Notes: generated by a model not told the origin, from the letters alone. A stretch of 63,576 nucleotides of DNA, filler included, from Stramenopiles sp. TOSAG23-3 (GCA_900128585.1; 12 parts of 12 records of this genome joined end to end with filler, not necessarily neighbours in it); one strand, 5' to 3'; numbered from the whole stretch's first letter, positions 21,158 through 32,637 are shown. Translations and numbers: made by a program.

Positions 21158-23638
21158 TCAATCGTCATCTTCACTATCTTCCAGCACAAATCTCTTTGGC
21201 GCAGGGCTTACCCGCTTGCTTTGCCCGGCAGGTTCCCCGCTGCCCTCCTCCTCTGAATCTTCATCGTCATCATCGTCGTCTTCGTCGAGGAATATTCTGC
21301 GCTTCTTAGCAGATTGTGTCGTGCTCGGCGGCGAAATTGCTGCCGGCCCCGAGGAGAAGCTCTTCCCCCCAACGCACACATAAAACCCTTTGCCTACTTC
21401 GTTGCCCGAATCACCGGCAGGGTTGAACGTTCTTCTCGCCCCACGCATAGTCTTGTCTCCACTTTTATTTTTCACGTTGGCAGGGCGGGCAGCAGACCTG
21501 TTCGTTTTCGAAGAAGAAAGTTTCGGCATCTCCCTTCTTCTGACTCTGGTCTCTAGCTGAGATTGTTTTATTAGTTCTATTGTGCCGTCCGTTTTGTACA
21601 ATACAGTGATGCCCTTGGGCGTCTTTCGAACAAGTTTTGCGTCGTACCACCCCCCATTTTGTTTTGATGAACGGTAGAACACACTCAGGCGATCCCCAAT
21701 TGAAAACCGCCCCCGAGACGGCGTCGTCCTTCGTACTTGACTGCTTTGCACTCCTTCTTCATCGCCCGACTCGTCCGTCTCTAGCAACACTACTCTGTCT
21801 TCCCCCTCGCTAGATTCAACAAGCCCCGGGCTTTGTCTTCGTTTTTTCCCCTGGCTACGTTCGGTCCTCCTCTTCTCGAACTCCTCTGCACTTTCTTCCT
21901 CATCGCTGGACTCGAAGAGCCCCGCCCCCTGCCTTCGCTTTTGCGCACTCTTTCGATTTAGTTCTTCCCTTATTTCTTCAAGCTCGTCAACGTCTTTCTG
22001 CAGCCGCTCTTTCATAAACAGCGCCATTGTGCCCCCGCCCGTGCTCGCATCGGAATCCTCGTCTTCTTCGCCCTCTTCACTAGAGGAGGAGTTTTTGATG
22101 AAGCTTTCATCGTCAGCATTCTCTCGATGGCTCCATTTGGACAGGAGAACTTCCCGAAAATACTTTAGGTTTTCTTCCTTCGAGTACCCAGAGTTTATGG
22201 ACAGGAGAGCCTCGTTCGTGTTTTCCCAGACGGGTTTTTTGGCAAACAGTTCTGGGACCAGGTACTCTGCACGATTTATAACATGCCCTTGGAGTAGGTT
22301 GTAAGTGCCGCGGTTGAACCAGGCGTTTGCAGACCAGTACGTTTTCTGGTGCATGTTTTCCATTTGGTGGCAATACGACTGTATCAGCCCGTCGGCCTCT
22401 CGGAGACGGAACCGTTTGAGCACGTCCATGCACCCCGACACTTTTGTCAAATCCTTGGCTTTTGCACCGTGGGCTTCCTTCAAATGGCTTTTCATTTCTG
22501 CAATGGTCCTGGTGCAGGCGGACGCGCCGACATCGCAGCCAAGGTGAGAGAGGACGCTCAGCGGGTCTGGGATCCCACAGTCTTCCTCCTCATCGCTTGA
22601 ACTGCTGCTACCGTCGTCACTGCTGCCGCCCGCATTTTCCTGTTTTTCATAATTTAAACTTAAAAATTTGATGCAGATGGGGCAAACGTACAGGTTTCCT
22701 ACCAGCCACGTCCCGGAAAAGGCCTCTACACTTTCTCTGTACCGGGAAAAATAGCCGTTCAGGACGTTGTCGGACATGGGCGTTCGGAAGTGAAACTGGT
22801 AGTCGTCGTCGTCGTACACGTAGTAGTCTTCCATCCTGCTCTGAGATCCTCCTCCCGCCTCCTCCTCCTCATTGTCACCGCCCTGCGCTCCCTCAATTTT
22901 TTGAACGACCCCCGGGAACTTGTTCTCGATCTGCATTTTCATTTTTTGATCCATGGGGCATCTGAAGTGCGGCGGTTGCTTCAGGGTTCGGAGCCCAGTT
23001 GATTTGCAAGCAATCTGTATCAGGGTGGACATGTTGTAGCACTGCTTCATTCTCCCATCGGGCGATACCCACTCGATGTGCTTCTTGTCCAACTTTTCAA
23101 ACGTAATTACATCGCACATCGCCTCCTTCTGATCATACGGGACGTCCTTGCACTCGTTGCACCGCAGGCCGGACGCAAGGACATCGCACAGTTCTTCCAT
23201 TTCTGCCTCGCTCTCTGACGCCGAACCGTTTGCGCTACTGGATTCTGCGGACTCGGGCCCATCGCTATTCACCCATTCCTCGTCTGATCCAGTCGTCCGC
23301 TTCTTCCGCCTTGTCCGACGTTTGAGTCGCGCTCGGCGCGATTCCACCCGTTGAGAAACCCGCCTGCTCGACCGACGACTGGAGCGGGATGTCCCCGCCG
23401 CAGCCGCCTCCCCGCCACCGCTCCCTGCCCCGCATTCCGCGCTCTTTAGTCTTTCCCAAAACTTACCCAACCGTATTTCCTCAATGGAGTTGTCCACATC
23501 GTACTGAACAAAGACAACTTGCGATCGTCGAATGGATTGAATCGTTGCTTTAAAGTCACTGTCCCCATAGTCGATGACAATCTTTGTACCCACCGTCAAA
23601 CCTTCAAACCCTTTCCTGGCGTTTGAAATTGTCGCCAT
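21158..23638 (-). CDS. Putative chromatin protein with two Tudor/Agenet-like domains, a split C2H2 finger and acidic tracts
   Basis: LTVGTKIVIDY...VQYDVDNSIEEI; FSIGDRLSVFY...WYDAKL...LYKTDGTIE; CPIC...HLKEAH. Confidence 0.7.
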   Translation of the reverse strand: MATISNARKGFEGLTVGTKIVIDYGDSDFKATIQSIRRSQVVFVQYDVDNSIEEIRLGKFWERLKSAECGAGSGGGEAAAAGTSRSSRRSSRRVSQRVESRRARLKRRTRRKKRTTGSDEEWVNSDGPESAESSSANGSASESEAEMEELCDVLASGLRCNECKDVPYDQKEAMCDVITFEKLDKKHIEWVSPDGRMKQCYNMSTLIQIACKSTGLRTLKQPPHFRCPMDQKMKMQIENKFPGVVQKIEGAQGGDNEEEEAGGGSQSRMEDYYVYDDDDYQFHFRTPMSDNVLNGYFSRYRESVEAFSGTWLVGNLYVCPICIKFLSLNYEKQENAGGSSDDGSSSSSDEEEDCGIPDPLSVLSHLGCDVGASACTRTIAEMKSHLKEAHGAKAKDLTKVSGCMDVLKRFRLREADGLIQSYCHQMENMHQKTYWSANAWFNRGTYNLLQGHVINRAEYLVPELFAKKPVWENTNEALLSINSGYSKEENLKYFREVLLSKWSHRENADDESFIKNSSSSEEGEEDEDSDASTGGGTMALFMKERLQKDVDELEEIREELNRKSAQKRRQGAGLFESSDEEESAEEFEKRRTERSQGKKRRQSPGLVESSEGEDRVVLLETDESGDEEGVQSSQVRRTTPSRGRFSIGDRLSVFYRSSKQNGGWYDAKLVRKTPKGITVLYKTDGTIELIKQSQLETRVRRREMPKLSSSKTNRSAARPANVKNKSGDKTMRGARRTFNPAGDSGNEVGKGFYVCVGGKSFSSGPAAISPPSTTQSAKKRRIFLDEDDDDDDEDSEEEGSGEPAGQSKRVSPAPKRFVLEDSEDDD

Positions 23639-23969
23639 GGATGGAGGAGGGATGGGAAATCAAAAGTGGGGAAACACAAAACAAACAAAGCGAAGAACAA
23701 GAAGAATATATATATATATTATGTATACACATATATTTTATTCACGAACTAACTAACAAACAATTGAATTCAATTTCAAAACAGTCTTCTTGATTCAATT
23801 ATTTTTTCAAAGAAGAAAGAAAGAAAAAAGAAGAAGAAAGATTCTTCTTCTAAAAAAAAGAGTTAGTTATTTATAATAATTAATTAAAAAAAAGGATTAT
23901 TATAATATTAATAGCTTAATAGGGTCTAGTTTCAATGATGATATCTCTATATTAATATTAATTATCTGA

Positions 23970-24230
23970 AAAAGAAGAAGAAGAAGAGAAGCCCCCTTCC
24001 CCCTTCCTTCTTATTCTTCTTTCTTCTTCTTTCTTCTTCTTCTTCTTTTAATTCTTCTTTCTTCTTTCTTCTTTCTTCTTTCTTCTTCTTCTTTCTTCTT
24101 CTTCTTTCTTCTTCTTCTTCTTTTAATTCTTCTTTCTTCTTCTTCTTTCTTCTTCTTCTTTCTTCTTCTTCTTCTTCTTCTTCTCTTCTTCTTCTTTCTT
24201 CTTTTCTTCTTCTTCTTTCTTCTTCTTTTT
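23970..24230. repeat. (CTT)n-rich pyrimidine tract preceded by a short (AAG)n run
   Basis: Read directly from the sequence. Confidence 0.95.
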
Positions 24231-24621
24231 GATTACAAAAAATGTGTGCAAACACAATCATTTCATTTAGAGATATATACCAGTTAATTGATTGATTTAT
24301 TCTTTTCTTTACGACATTTGATTGTAAAATGTGTGTTCACAATCATCTCATTTACAGACGATTGTACTAGTTAATTGATTGATTCGTTCTTTTCTTAACG
24401 ACATTAACAGCAACAAAAGCACAACGGCATTTAGATAGATACCTTTCCTGCGGCTTTTTGTATTTAAGGGCGTTCCTTCCTTCCTTCTTTCCTTCCTTCT
24501 TTCCTTCCTTCTCCCTTCTTCNNNNNNNNNNNNNNNNNNNNNNNNNNNNNNNNNNNNNNNNNNNNTTAATTAATTAANNNNNNNNNNNNNNNNNNNNNNN
24601 NNNNNNNNNNNNNNNNNNNNN

Positions 24622-24685
24622 CCAGAATCGAACTAGTGACCAATTGATCTACAGTCAATCGCTCTACCAACTGAGCTATAATCGG
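24622..24685 (-). tRNA. trnY: tRNA-Tyr(GTA), intronless, 3' end cut by contig end
   Basis: CCGATTA TAGCTCAGTTGGTAGAGC G ATTGA CTGTAGA TCAAT TGGTC ACTAG TTCGATT CTGG. Confidence 0.93.
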
Positions 24686-25020
24686 TTACAACGTAATAGT
24701 AGTAAGAAGAAGGAGGAGACAAGAATTTTTTCTAATACGACGGTATATAAAAAAATAATATTATAAATACTATACTGTATAATAAAAAAAAATAATAATT
24801 TATTTAAATAATACTCCTCTACATTATACTCGTACACAATTCAATATTAATATTATTACTTGCCAAAACCAACATTTGAAAACCAGCCACCTAGTAGAAC
24901 GGGTTTGTCGTATGTACGACCGGATCGTTTAGAAAGTGAATGTTAAACTGTGGTACCTACCTGGCTAGGACGAACCGTGGTAAAGGAGGAGGGCAGCATA
25001 GTAAGTGTCTTGCGTTCACT

Positions 25021-26715
25021 ATGGAGGCATTTCCCTCAAGGCGTTTACTCGGCATGGCCGTTGTTCTTCTTGCTACTCTGGCCGTGGTTTGTGCTCTGGA
25101 CGATGGACTAAGATCCGGGGGGGGGCATGCGATTGACGAAGGGGATGAGGACAAGATCAAGTTTGTAGAAAGTAATGCGGCGGTTGATATGAAGAAAACA
25201 ATAGCAGTGGAGGGTAGCGCTGACGCAAACGTTGCCGTTTCCGCAAGTGAAGGTGTAGTGCTGGGTGACAGGGCTTCTGTGTTTGTACAGGTTGGGGACG
25301 GTGGGGACAGCCGTTCAGTAGAGGGTGGGGACGGCACTGCAATAAAACCAGTTTCAAACGAAGACAAATTGGAGAAGGAGGAACTAGACGAAGATTTAGA
25401 ACCCGCGGAGAGCCCCGGGGAAGGAGGAGACGAACCGGAAGCAGTTGCTACTGACAAGCCCAGTGCCGAAGGGGCAACGATTTCAGTAAACGAAGGTAGC
25501 CATGCTGATGAGGGTGATGCAGCGAATACTGACCACTCGGTGGCGGGAGAACTAATAGACGACGCAGCGGGCAGCGCAGAAAGCCTTCTGGGGGGCGAAG
25601 AGTACGTTGCTGGAACGGAAGGGGCAGTGGGGTCTGTTAAAATATCATTACTAGGCTCGTCGGCGGAAGCATCGTCGGAGCCTCCGAGTGACGATCCTGC
25701 TGAGGCCCATGTACATAATATTGACAATACAGCATCTGGAGAGGAGAGTGGCCCGGTACCTTCTGCACCGGACGCTGGCGAGGACCCCCAAGGCGCGACA
25801 GGAGATCAAGATGGACATGAACCGATTCCACCCCAGGACGAGTTCGCCGACAGCAGTGAACATGGCGATGAAATAGACAAAGGGGGTGCAACGGGCCGAA
25901 AGGACACGCCCCCGACGACGACCGACAGCGTGGAGCCCATTTTGATTCCTGATGATGAAGAGCACATTGACGATACTGCCCGGTTGCATGTCGGTACTTC
26001 TAGCCACCACCATGCTAATGCGAAGGTGAAGGTCCATAATTACAAGGCAGGCGATGCGAACGAAGCCCACGCTGGAAAACTAAAATCAGTCGTATCGACG
26101 AGACTGCCAGCCGATTTGGATATCTCGGAGGCATTGTCTTCGACTGCCACTGGCACAAGTGCCATGCAGGGCTTGCTGGGCATTTTCCCGATAATCCAAA
26201 GTCTTCTTCTAGTTTTCTTCTCTCTGGTTTCTATGATATTGATTTTGTGGTTTCGTTTTAAAGATGTCATCAGTGCCGTGCACGGCAGTAAAGGCCGACT
26301 GTTTTTTGAAACGCCAAAATCAATAATAGACGACTGGAGCGGCATGCCCGGTGCGCACTGTAAGCCGGGCAAAAAAAACAAAGGCAAACTGGCGCAAAAA
26401 CTAAAATCGATAGAAAAAATGTCGGAACTCAAGCCCCCTCTGTTTGGCCCATCGTTTGGGGCAGGAGGGGGCCATAGCGCGAGCCAGACTTCCCAGAAGG
26501 CAAAGATGCCACCATCACCTAGAAACAAGGAGGAAAGCCAGAGTGAACCCCCAAGCAGCGGAGGAAAGGCCACAAAGAAAAAATCGAAGCGAAAGAAGAA
26601 GAAGAAAGGGAAAGAAAATGGTGATTTGCGAGGTACCATTCCTTTTCTTGTTGGCAGGCTGCCGGTTTCTGGGAAAGACGATTTATCGCAGGTATATTCC
26701 CCTTCTACGTATTGA
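25021..26715 (+). CDS. Type I membrane protein with long acidic low-complexity ectodomain and basic cytosolic tail
   Basis: Signal peptide (MAVVLLATLAVVCA), a single TM segment (IFPIIQSLLLVFFSLVSMILILWF) and a Lys-rich tail. Confidence 0.75.
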   Translation: MEAFPSRRLLGMAVVLLATLAVVCALDDGLRSGGGHAIDEGDEDKIKFVESNAAVDMKKTIAVEGSADANVAVSASEGVVLGDRASVFVQVGDGGDSRSVEGGDGTAIKPVSNEDKLEKEELDEDLEPAESPGEGGDEPEAVATDKPSAEGATISVNEGSHADEGDAANTDHSVAGELIDDAAGSAESLLGGEEYVAGTEGAVGSVKISLLGSSAEASSEPPSDDPAEAHVHNIDNTASGEESGPVPSAPDAGEDPQGATGDQDGHEPIPPQDEFADSSEHGDEIDKGGATGRKDTPPTTTDSVEPILIPDDEEHIDDTARLHVGTSSHHHANAKVKVHNYKAGDANEAHAGKLKSVVSTRLPADLDISEALSSTATGTSAMQGLLGIFPIIQSLLLVFFSLVSMILILWFRFKDVISAVHGSKGRLFFETPKSIIDDWSGMPGAHCKPGKKNKGKLAQKLKSIEKMSELKPPLFGPSFGAGGGHSASQTSQKAKMPPSPRNKEESQSEPPSSGGKATKKKSKRKKKKKGKENGDLRGTIPFLVGRLPVSGKDDLSQVYSPSTY

Positions 26716-26900
26716 TTCGAGAAGCGGCGACAAAATGTTTCTAGACGCGCGTTTTTATACTTATCTTGTAACGCACGGACGAAATAAAACTACACAAAGC
26801 GTACAGTGTGCGACGAATTTAACTCGTGCGTGTACCTGGAAACAACATATATGTTTTGTCGTAAATAACTCGACGCGTATCTAAAGGCGTTTAAGCGTTA

Positions 26901-26993
26901 AACAAGAGAAAATTGGCTGTTATTTTAAATAAGTATAATTAAAATTAAAATGTATTGCGAACTGAACTCTACTAAACATTCGAGGTTTACATT
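26901..26993 (-). repeat. Dispersed 3'-flank repeat, family A (partial copy)
   Basis: Aligns with 39751-39840 and 41116-41220. Confidence 0.75.
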
Positions 26994-27110
26994 AAACGCT
27001 TAACTCAATACATTGTATTTTATAGACGTTTAAAAAATCTCACTCTCACTCCGACAACACGTTTCTCATTTAATTGTTCTTAGCCAATCGGCAAGATTGC
27101 ACAAATATTT

Positions 27111-28433
27111 TTAGAAGTTTATGCATTTCTTCGGCAAATTACGGTTTCTTCCCAGGGCGTAATGCAACACCATGTCCACGGTAGCGCCTGCCAGCACGCT
27201 GGCCAACGGGGACCATTTGTGCTGCCTTTTGCTTTCTGTTGTCAAGCTTCCTCCACTGCTTCTGTTTTTATTAACCTCCTCCGCAGTCATGGCGGTTCTA
27301 ACTTTCGATGAATTCACGAGGGAGATGTCTTTTGGGGGATTATATTGCACCCGCCCCCCCAAAGCGCTTTCATCCATGTGCACCACAATGCTGGGAATTT
27401 TTAAGTCTTTGCAAATAGTTAGAACCTTCGCACGCAAAGTTTCAGCGTCCAATGTCAAAATCAACAATGAATTAGAGGAGCTGGTTTCCGTGCCGCCGGG
27501 AGTGGGGGCAGCACCATCGCCGTTCCCTCCAATCAGTAGCGTCAAAAATTGTAGCATTCCATTTTTCATTTCTAGGTCGATGTTTTCCGATCGGATGTTG
27601 GTGGTCGGATTAACCATACGCAGGCTTGCGGCAATCGATTGGGCCCGATTTTGACCAATAAACTTTGGACGGAAGAGATGATGGCACAGGTCGGAAAGCT
27701 GCACACAATTCCAATCGACAAGAACAATCTCTTTGAAGCCGTATCGTGCCAAGGCATCACTAATCTGTGCCCCTGTTGACCCTATTCCAACGATTACGAC
27801 CTTGCAACCTCTCATTTTTACTATATTGTTCGGGTTCATTGTTTTCAAAAACGGTTCCCAAGCATTTTTCCTTGGCAAAGCCCTCTCGTGTGCACTGTTC
27901 TGATTTCTTTCCCAGTCAACAGGCGCACCGGTCGAAACCATAGAAGCTACTTCGTGCAACCGTTTGTACCGCAAGGACTGGGAACCCTCGCCAACCCCCG
28001 GCCCGTTTTCTGGTTGCCTAGTAGCCACGTCCGTGCTTTCGGCCCCACCTTCTGCTAAGAATACCTTGTTCTGACTTTCATACACAGCTAGTTTTTCCAC
28101 TGCAAACGTATACGCGTCGGCAACATCGTGGCTCCATAAATGGGCGTGGTCACTTTCTTGAATTCTGAGCGCAACGTTTTGAAGCTGGTTGCTAGCCATG
28201 GATGTAGAATCTACCAAATTTTCATAAGCATATTCCCCTAGTTCTTGAATGGAGCTTGCCAGTTCAGTCTCACTTCTAATAAATAACAGTTTCGTAAACT
28301 GGCCCCGCCGCAGCTCTAAATCAATGTTAATTTCGTTTTGGTAGATAGCATGTTGCCGAATGTTGTCTTCTATGGTTGCCTCCAAAGTTTCGACACAGTT
28401 CTTTAGTTCTGCAATATCAGAGGCGATGGACAT
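27111..28433 (-). CDS. Divergent UBA5/ThiF-family E1-like protein with N-terminal coiled coil
   Basis: VVIVGIGSTGAQISDALARYG...LVD...LFRP..IG, and MDESALGGRVQY (UBA5 has VSENAVSGHIQ). Confidence 0.8.
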   Translation of the reverse strand: MSIASDIAELKNCVETLEATIEDNIRQHAIYQNEINIDLELRRGQFTKLLFIRSETELASSIQELGEYAYENLVDSTSMASNQLQNVALRIQESDHAHLWSHDVADAYTFAVEKLAVYESQNKVFLAEGGAESTDVATRQPENGPGVGEGSQSLRYKRLHEVASMVSTGAPVDWERNQNSAHERALPRKNAWEPFLKTMNPNNIVKMRGCKVVIVGIGSTGAQISDALARYGFKEIVLVDWNCVQLSDLCHHLFRPKFIGQNRAQSIAASLRMVNPTTNIRSENIDLEMKNGMLQFLTLLIGGNGDGAAPTPGGTETSSSNSLLILTLDAETLRAKVLTICKDLKIPSIVVHMDESALGGRVQYNPPKDISLVNSSKVRTAMTAEEVNKNRSSGGSLTTESKRQHKWSPLASVLAGATVDMVLHYALGRNRNLPKKCINF

Positions 28434-28855
28434 TTTACTTTCTACGAACTTGGCTCAAAATAGGGCACCTGCTAAGAATACCGTGCGCAATTTACTTTTG
28501 CACCAAGTTTGCCAAACTGGTGATTTTCTCTTCTGGCATGTTGATTTCAGACCAGCAGTAGCAGTAGCAGTTCGTTGTTCGTGATCAATTCATTATTTAT
28601 TAATTGTTTTGTTGTTGTTGTTGTTGTTGTTATATAATAGAAGACGACGACTACGTATTACACAGAGGAGTAAATAAAAAAAAATTCATCATGTGACTGA
28701 AAGTACCGTAGTAGTGAGTATAATAATTGGTATAAAATGTAATTAAATTAATAGTACGTAGTACGTACTATTGTCTTTTTCATATACGTAGAGTATGTTT
28801 CTATATATATATTAATAATATATAGAAAGCTATACACTTATCGTTGTTTATTATT

Positions 28856-31738
28856 TTAACTTTTCCCAATCATGCTGTCGACGGTTTCTTTCCCAATCTT
28901 ACCATTCTTCATTTCTTTCAAGAACCGAGACAGACGAACAGTGTAGGGAGTGTATGGGGAAGGAAACTCGTAATGGACCAGGGCAAGGACGCCTTCTTCA
29001 AATTCTCCATAGAGCATTTCCTGTTCCTCCTCTTCGTCGTCAGAGCCATCGTTCTCTTGGACGCGCATGAACAGGGCTTCCACGTCCGTCATGGACAGCC
29101 TGCCCCTCATCAAATTCATAGCCTTGGCAAAGATGCCAAACTCCTTTGGGCTCATGGAGTCCATTGCGTTGGACGACTGCTGCGAATCATCTGCATCGGA
29201 AAATTTTTTAAAGTTATTTCTTAAAAAGCCCCTGTACGGTCGAACAATGGCCTTAATCTTGTTGTTGTTGATTTCCGCTTTGAACGTATCCAAATCAATT
29301 TTATCCGCATGTGGCCGTATGCAGTCCTCGAACAAGAGGGTGACGCAAGTGGCCAAATGTTCCTCTCCCTTGTACTTCAAGCCCGCAAGGTGCAGCAAGG
29401 ATTCCACAAACTCGCCCGAGTCCATCTCTCTGTCGACGCCATCCGCATCGTCGCTGTTTAAATTGATGGCAGTAAACAGGCGCCCGACATCGTTCACTTT
29501 GACGCCCTTTTTGCCACAAATTTTGCAGTCTTTGCAGAACTTTACAAACTCGCCAGATGAAAGGCCGCTGTCCGTGCCCGTATAAATCTTGAACGCATCT
29601 TTGGTATCGTAGACAAACCGTTTCAACACATCTACGACGGCCTCTAGTTCCCCGTCCACGTCTTCCATAAGGTATTTTCGCTGCTGGGCCCTTTTCCGCA
29701 TGAATTCCTTGACGCGCACGCCGTTCAACTTGGCGAAACGGCCCTCCGCAATTTTTCTCACGTTCCTTGATTCCTCCGTCTCCACCGCGTCCTTCTCCTC
29801 TTCGGCCTTTTTCCGCGCCGCCTTGGCCGTTTCCCGCGCTTCCGCGACTCGTTCTCCCATTTTCTCCCACACGTCCCTTTCGACGCCCCTTTGCAGGTTT
29901 TTCAACGCCACCCATTTTGCATCGATGCTGTCCGCCAGGGAAGATTCCTCTCCACACCTGGAACGTAACGCTGTGTCACACTGCGCCACGTACTGCCATT
30001 GGTCCAGTGGCTTTTCCTTGCCTTTGCCCGCCGCATCCTGCGCAGTTATGTACAGGGGAAATGCACCCTCGCCGAAAACCACCTTTTCCACCATATCGAG
30101 GGCTTCCCTGACGGGGCGAACTTCCCACGCATCTTCGACGACTGGGGGCAGGCCCGGGAAAGCTCGCATGAGGTCTGCCATTTCCAGCTGGTCGGGGGCC
30201 ACGGTGGAGGCCCGGCCCTTCAGCCAACCCCGGCCCTTCTCCCCCTTTAGAACGTCTATGCACAGCTCACTCTTTGTCAACGTTTCCCGTACACAGTCCG
30301 TTAGGCCCACCCGTTCCTCGATCGGCCGGATGACGCCCGCATAGTCGGCTTCGGACGGCGGGGAGAGAAGCTCAATTCCCAGCGTGGTCCCCCTCAAAAA
30401 CACGGACTGAAAGTGCCCCTCAACCACGCCGCCGATTGCCTGCCTCACCGCTGCTGCCCAAACGGTAGCGTGGCCTTCCCAAAACGTTTCTCGGGCAACC
30501 ATTGCATCGTGGTCTTCAGTCAGTTGCCGTAGCTTGATGTTGGCCTGCACTATGTTTTCACGGACTTTCCCTAGCTTTTTCTCCAACGATTGGGCCTCCA
30601 CCTTTAGGTGATGCACGTGCTCGTTCAGCTGAACGTTGTCCTTGATGCCCTGGCGAAACGTTTCCCAGGCATCCGTCGCGCTGTGCTCTAACCTCCCTTT
30701 CACGCGGTGGGTAACGCACCGTGTCCATTGGTTAAAGTAGTACCATACCCGGTCCAAGTGCCTGTCGTGGCTGTCCAAAGACAAAATGCACATCAATCGT
30801 TTCAGGTGTTTCTTGTGGATCATGTTCCATTTGCTCCAGTTGGTAAACGCCACCCCGAGCATCCCCCGGTGCCATACTTTTACAACGCCTTTGAAACGGT
30901 TTTCAAACCTTACTCGTTCTTGCCTCGCCTGCTCTTTCCATATTTCGTTTTCCGCGCACTCGATTTTCAGTTTTTCGATGCACTTCATCAGGTATTGCAT
31001 GTACTCCGGGTTGGTCATCCCCGTAAAAAAGGTTTCTGGCACGGGCGTGCTGATCTGGGAGTAATTTGCCAGGCTGCACTCTGCCAGTTTGTCCAAGAGC
31101 AGGCCCATGACGCCCTTGTACTTTCCGAACCCGTCCAGCGACATGGACAGGAAGAAAAACGCGGTCTGGGAAAGGAAAAAGTTCGGGCGGCCCAGGGCCG
31201 CCGTGGCCACAATCGCTTCGCGCCACTTCACCTGCCCGTAGACGGAGAACGAGGAGTAGTGGACGATTTCTGTGGTCAGCGCCCTCGCCCAGTCTTGCAT
31301 TATCAGCCTGGTAAGGTACGTCCCTTCGTCCGTGAACTCGGCGCTGTTGTTGACGGCGAGCGCGACCGTTGGGACACTGGGAAGTGAGTGCCCGCCCCGA
31401 GGCCGCCTAGGGCTTCTTCCGCCAGAAGCAGCGCCGTCGCCGTGCGACGTGTGCACCTCCGCGGCCCGCATGCGCCCCCCGAGCCTCTTCTTTATGACTT
31501 GCCGAGGTTGGCGCCACTTTACTTTATTCGTTTGCCACGTTGATTTCATGATCACTCTTTGCCGTGGCTGGTGGCGACCCCCGTTTGCTGCGACCAGCTT
31601 TGAGCCCCCCGGGCGGCTGGCCGAACCGACGTAGTCTGTGATGATATTTCGTTTTCGAGGGGACGGGTAACCCGGAGAGGACCGTTGCTTTGGCCCTTCC
31701 CTTGGGCGCGAGGGACCATAGTCTTGTGAGCTCTTCAT
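28856..31738 (-). CDS. Large coiled-coil protein with C-terminal EF-hand-like region
   Basis: Long uninterrupted ORF; SSGEFVKFCKDC, MDSGEFVESL, MSPKEF and MLYGEFEE. Start codon uncertain. Confidence 0.75.
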   Translation of the reverse strand: MKSSQDYGPSRPREGPKQRSSPGYPSPRKRNIITDYVGSASRPGGSKLVAANGGRHQPRQRVIMKSTWQTNKVKWRQPRQVIKKRLGGRMRAAEVHTSHGDGAASGGRSPRRPRGGHSLPSVPTVALAVNNSAEFTDEGTYLTRLIMQDWARALTTEIVHYSSFSVYGQVKWREAIVATAALGRPNFFLSQTAFFFLSMSLDGFGKYKGVMGLLLDKLAECSLANYSQISTPVPETFFTGMTNPEYMQYLMKCIEKLKIECAENEIWKEQARQERVRFENRFKGVVKVWHRGMLGVAFTNWSKWNMIHKKHLKRLMCILSLDSHDRHLDRVWYYFNQWTRCVTHRVKGRLEHSATDAWETFRQGIKDNVQLNEHVHHLKVEAQSLEKKLGKVRENIVQANIKLRQLTEDHDAMVARETFWEGHATVWAAAVRQAIGGVVEGHFQSVFLRGTTLGIELLSPPSEADYAGVIRPIEERVGLTDCVRETLTKSELCIDVLKGEKGRGWLKGRASTVAPDQLEMADLMRAFPGLPPVVEDAWEVRPVREALDMVEKVVFGEGAFPLYITAQDAAGKGKEKPLDQWQYVAQCDTALRSRCGEESSLADSIDAKWVALKNLQRGVERDVWEKMGERVAEARETAKAARKKAEEEKDAVETEESRNVRKIAEGRFAKLNGVRVKEFMRKRAQQRKYLMEDVDGELEAVVDVLKRFVYDTKDAFKIYTGTDSGLSSGEFVKFCKDCKICGKKGVKVNDVGRLFTAINLNSDDADGVDREMDSGEFVESLLHLAGLKYKGEEHLATCVTLLFEDCIRPHADKIDLDTFKAEINNNKIKAIVRPYRGFLRNNFKKFSDADDSQQSSNAMDSMSPKEFGIFAKAMNLMRGRLSMTDVEALFMRVQENDGSDDEEEEQEMLYGEFEEGVLALVHYEFPSPYTPYTVRLSRFLKEMKNGKIGKETVDSMIGKS

Positions 31739-32174
31739 TCCCGAGGGGGTGGGGGGAGGGGGGCGGGGCGGCAGAATAGGCAAAACCCCCAAGCGTATCG
31801 ACGGGGTGGTGTACTACTGGCTTGCTCAACGTAACGAAAGGGCAACAAAAAGGCACAAGCTTGGCGCGACTGGAGAGAGAGGGAGAAAGACGGCGGGCGT
31901 AAGACGCGTTTAAAGCCCGTAAAATAAAAACAAATTATGTAGTAAAGCCCGTAATACATACGATTAGAGCCCGTTAGAATTAATTGCAACTGCAACAACA
32001 ACAACAACAACAACAACAAGACAACAACACCATCATGGTGATTGTTTCTGTCACCACCGTTTCGCTTTTTGTTCTTTCTTCTTCTTCAAGTTGATAGCAT
32101 TATAATACATGTAATAACATCTGTCATACATGTTTTTTTATAGAGTTAAAATCAGGGTATTGTTATTAGTGGAG

Positions 32175-32394
32175 TAATTCCGAATTAGCCAAGAACGTAC
32201 TTTTTAGTCGGCTTTGAATACTATAAGTCGTTCCTATGAAGGTGTTACATCGTAATAGCCAGGAAGATTGGCTAATTCGAATTAAGCGGACTAATTCCAA
32301 ATTAGCCAAGAACGTACTTTTTAGTCGGCTTTGAATACTATAAGTCGTTCCTATGAATATGTTATATAGTAATAGCAGCAAGATTGGCTAATTC
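32175..32394. repeat. Two tandem ~117-bp units, each bounded by short inverted repeats (MITE-like)
   Basis: CGAATTAGCCAA (32181-32192) / TTGGCTAATTCG (32268-32279); AATTAGCCAA (32300) / TTGGCTAATT (32384). Confidence 0.8.
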
Positions 32395-32637
32395 TAAAAA
32401 AACTTGATTTTGATGATTGTCATTTACATTTACACTTCTCGCTATGCCATGTATGGTATAATACAAAAGCACCCCAATAAGACAAAAAAAGCTTCCCAAA
32501 TAGGGAAAGCTCAATATTTCTATAAACAATACTAAACAAAAAGAACACAGCACTGCAGGTGCATTACATTGAATCCTCCATTGTCTCTTCATATATATAG
32601 TCAAAATTCTATTCACTTCCTAACTATTACGTTGTAA

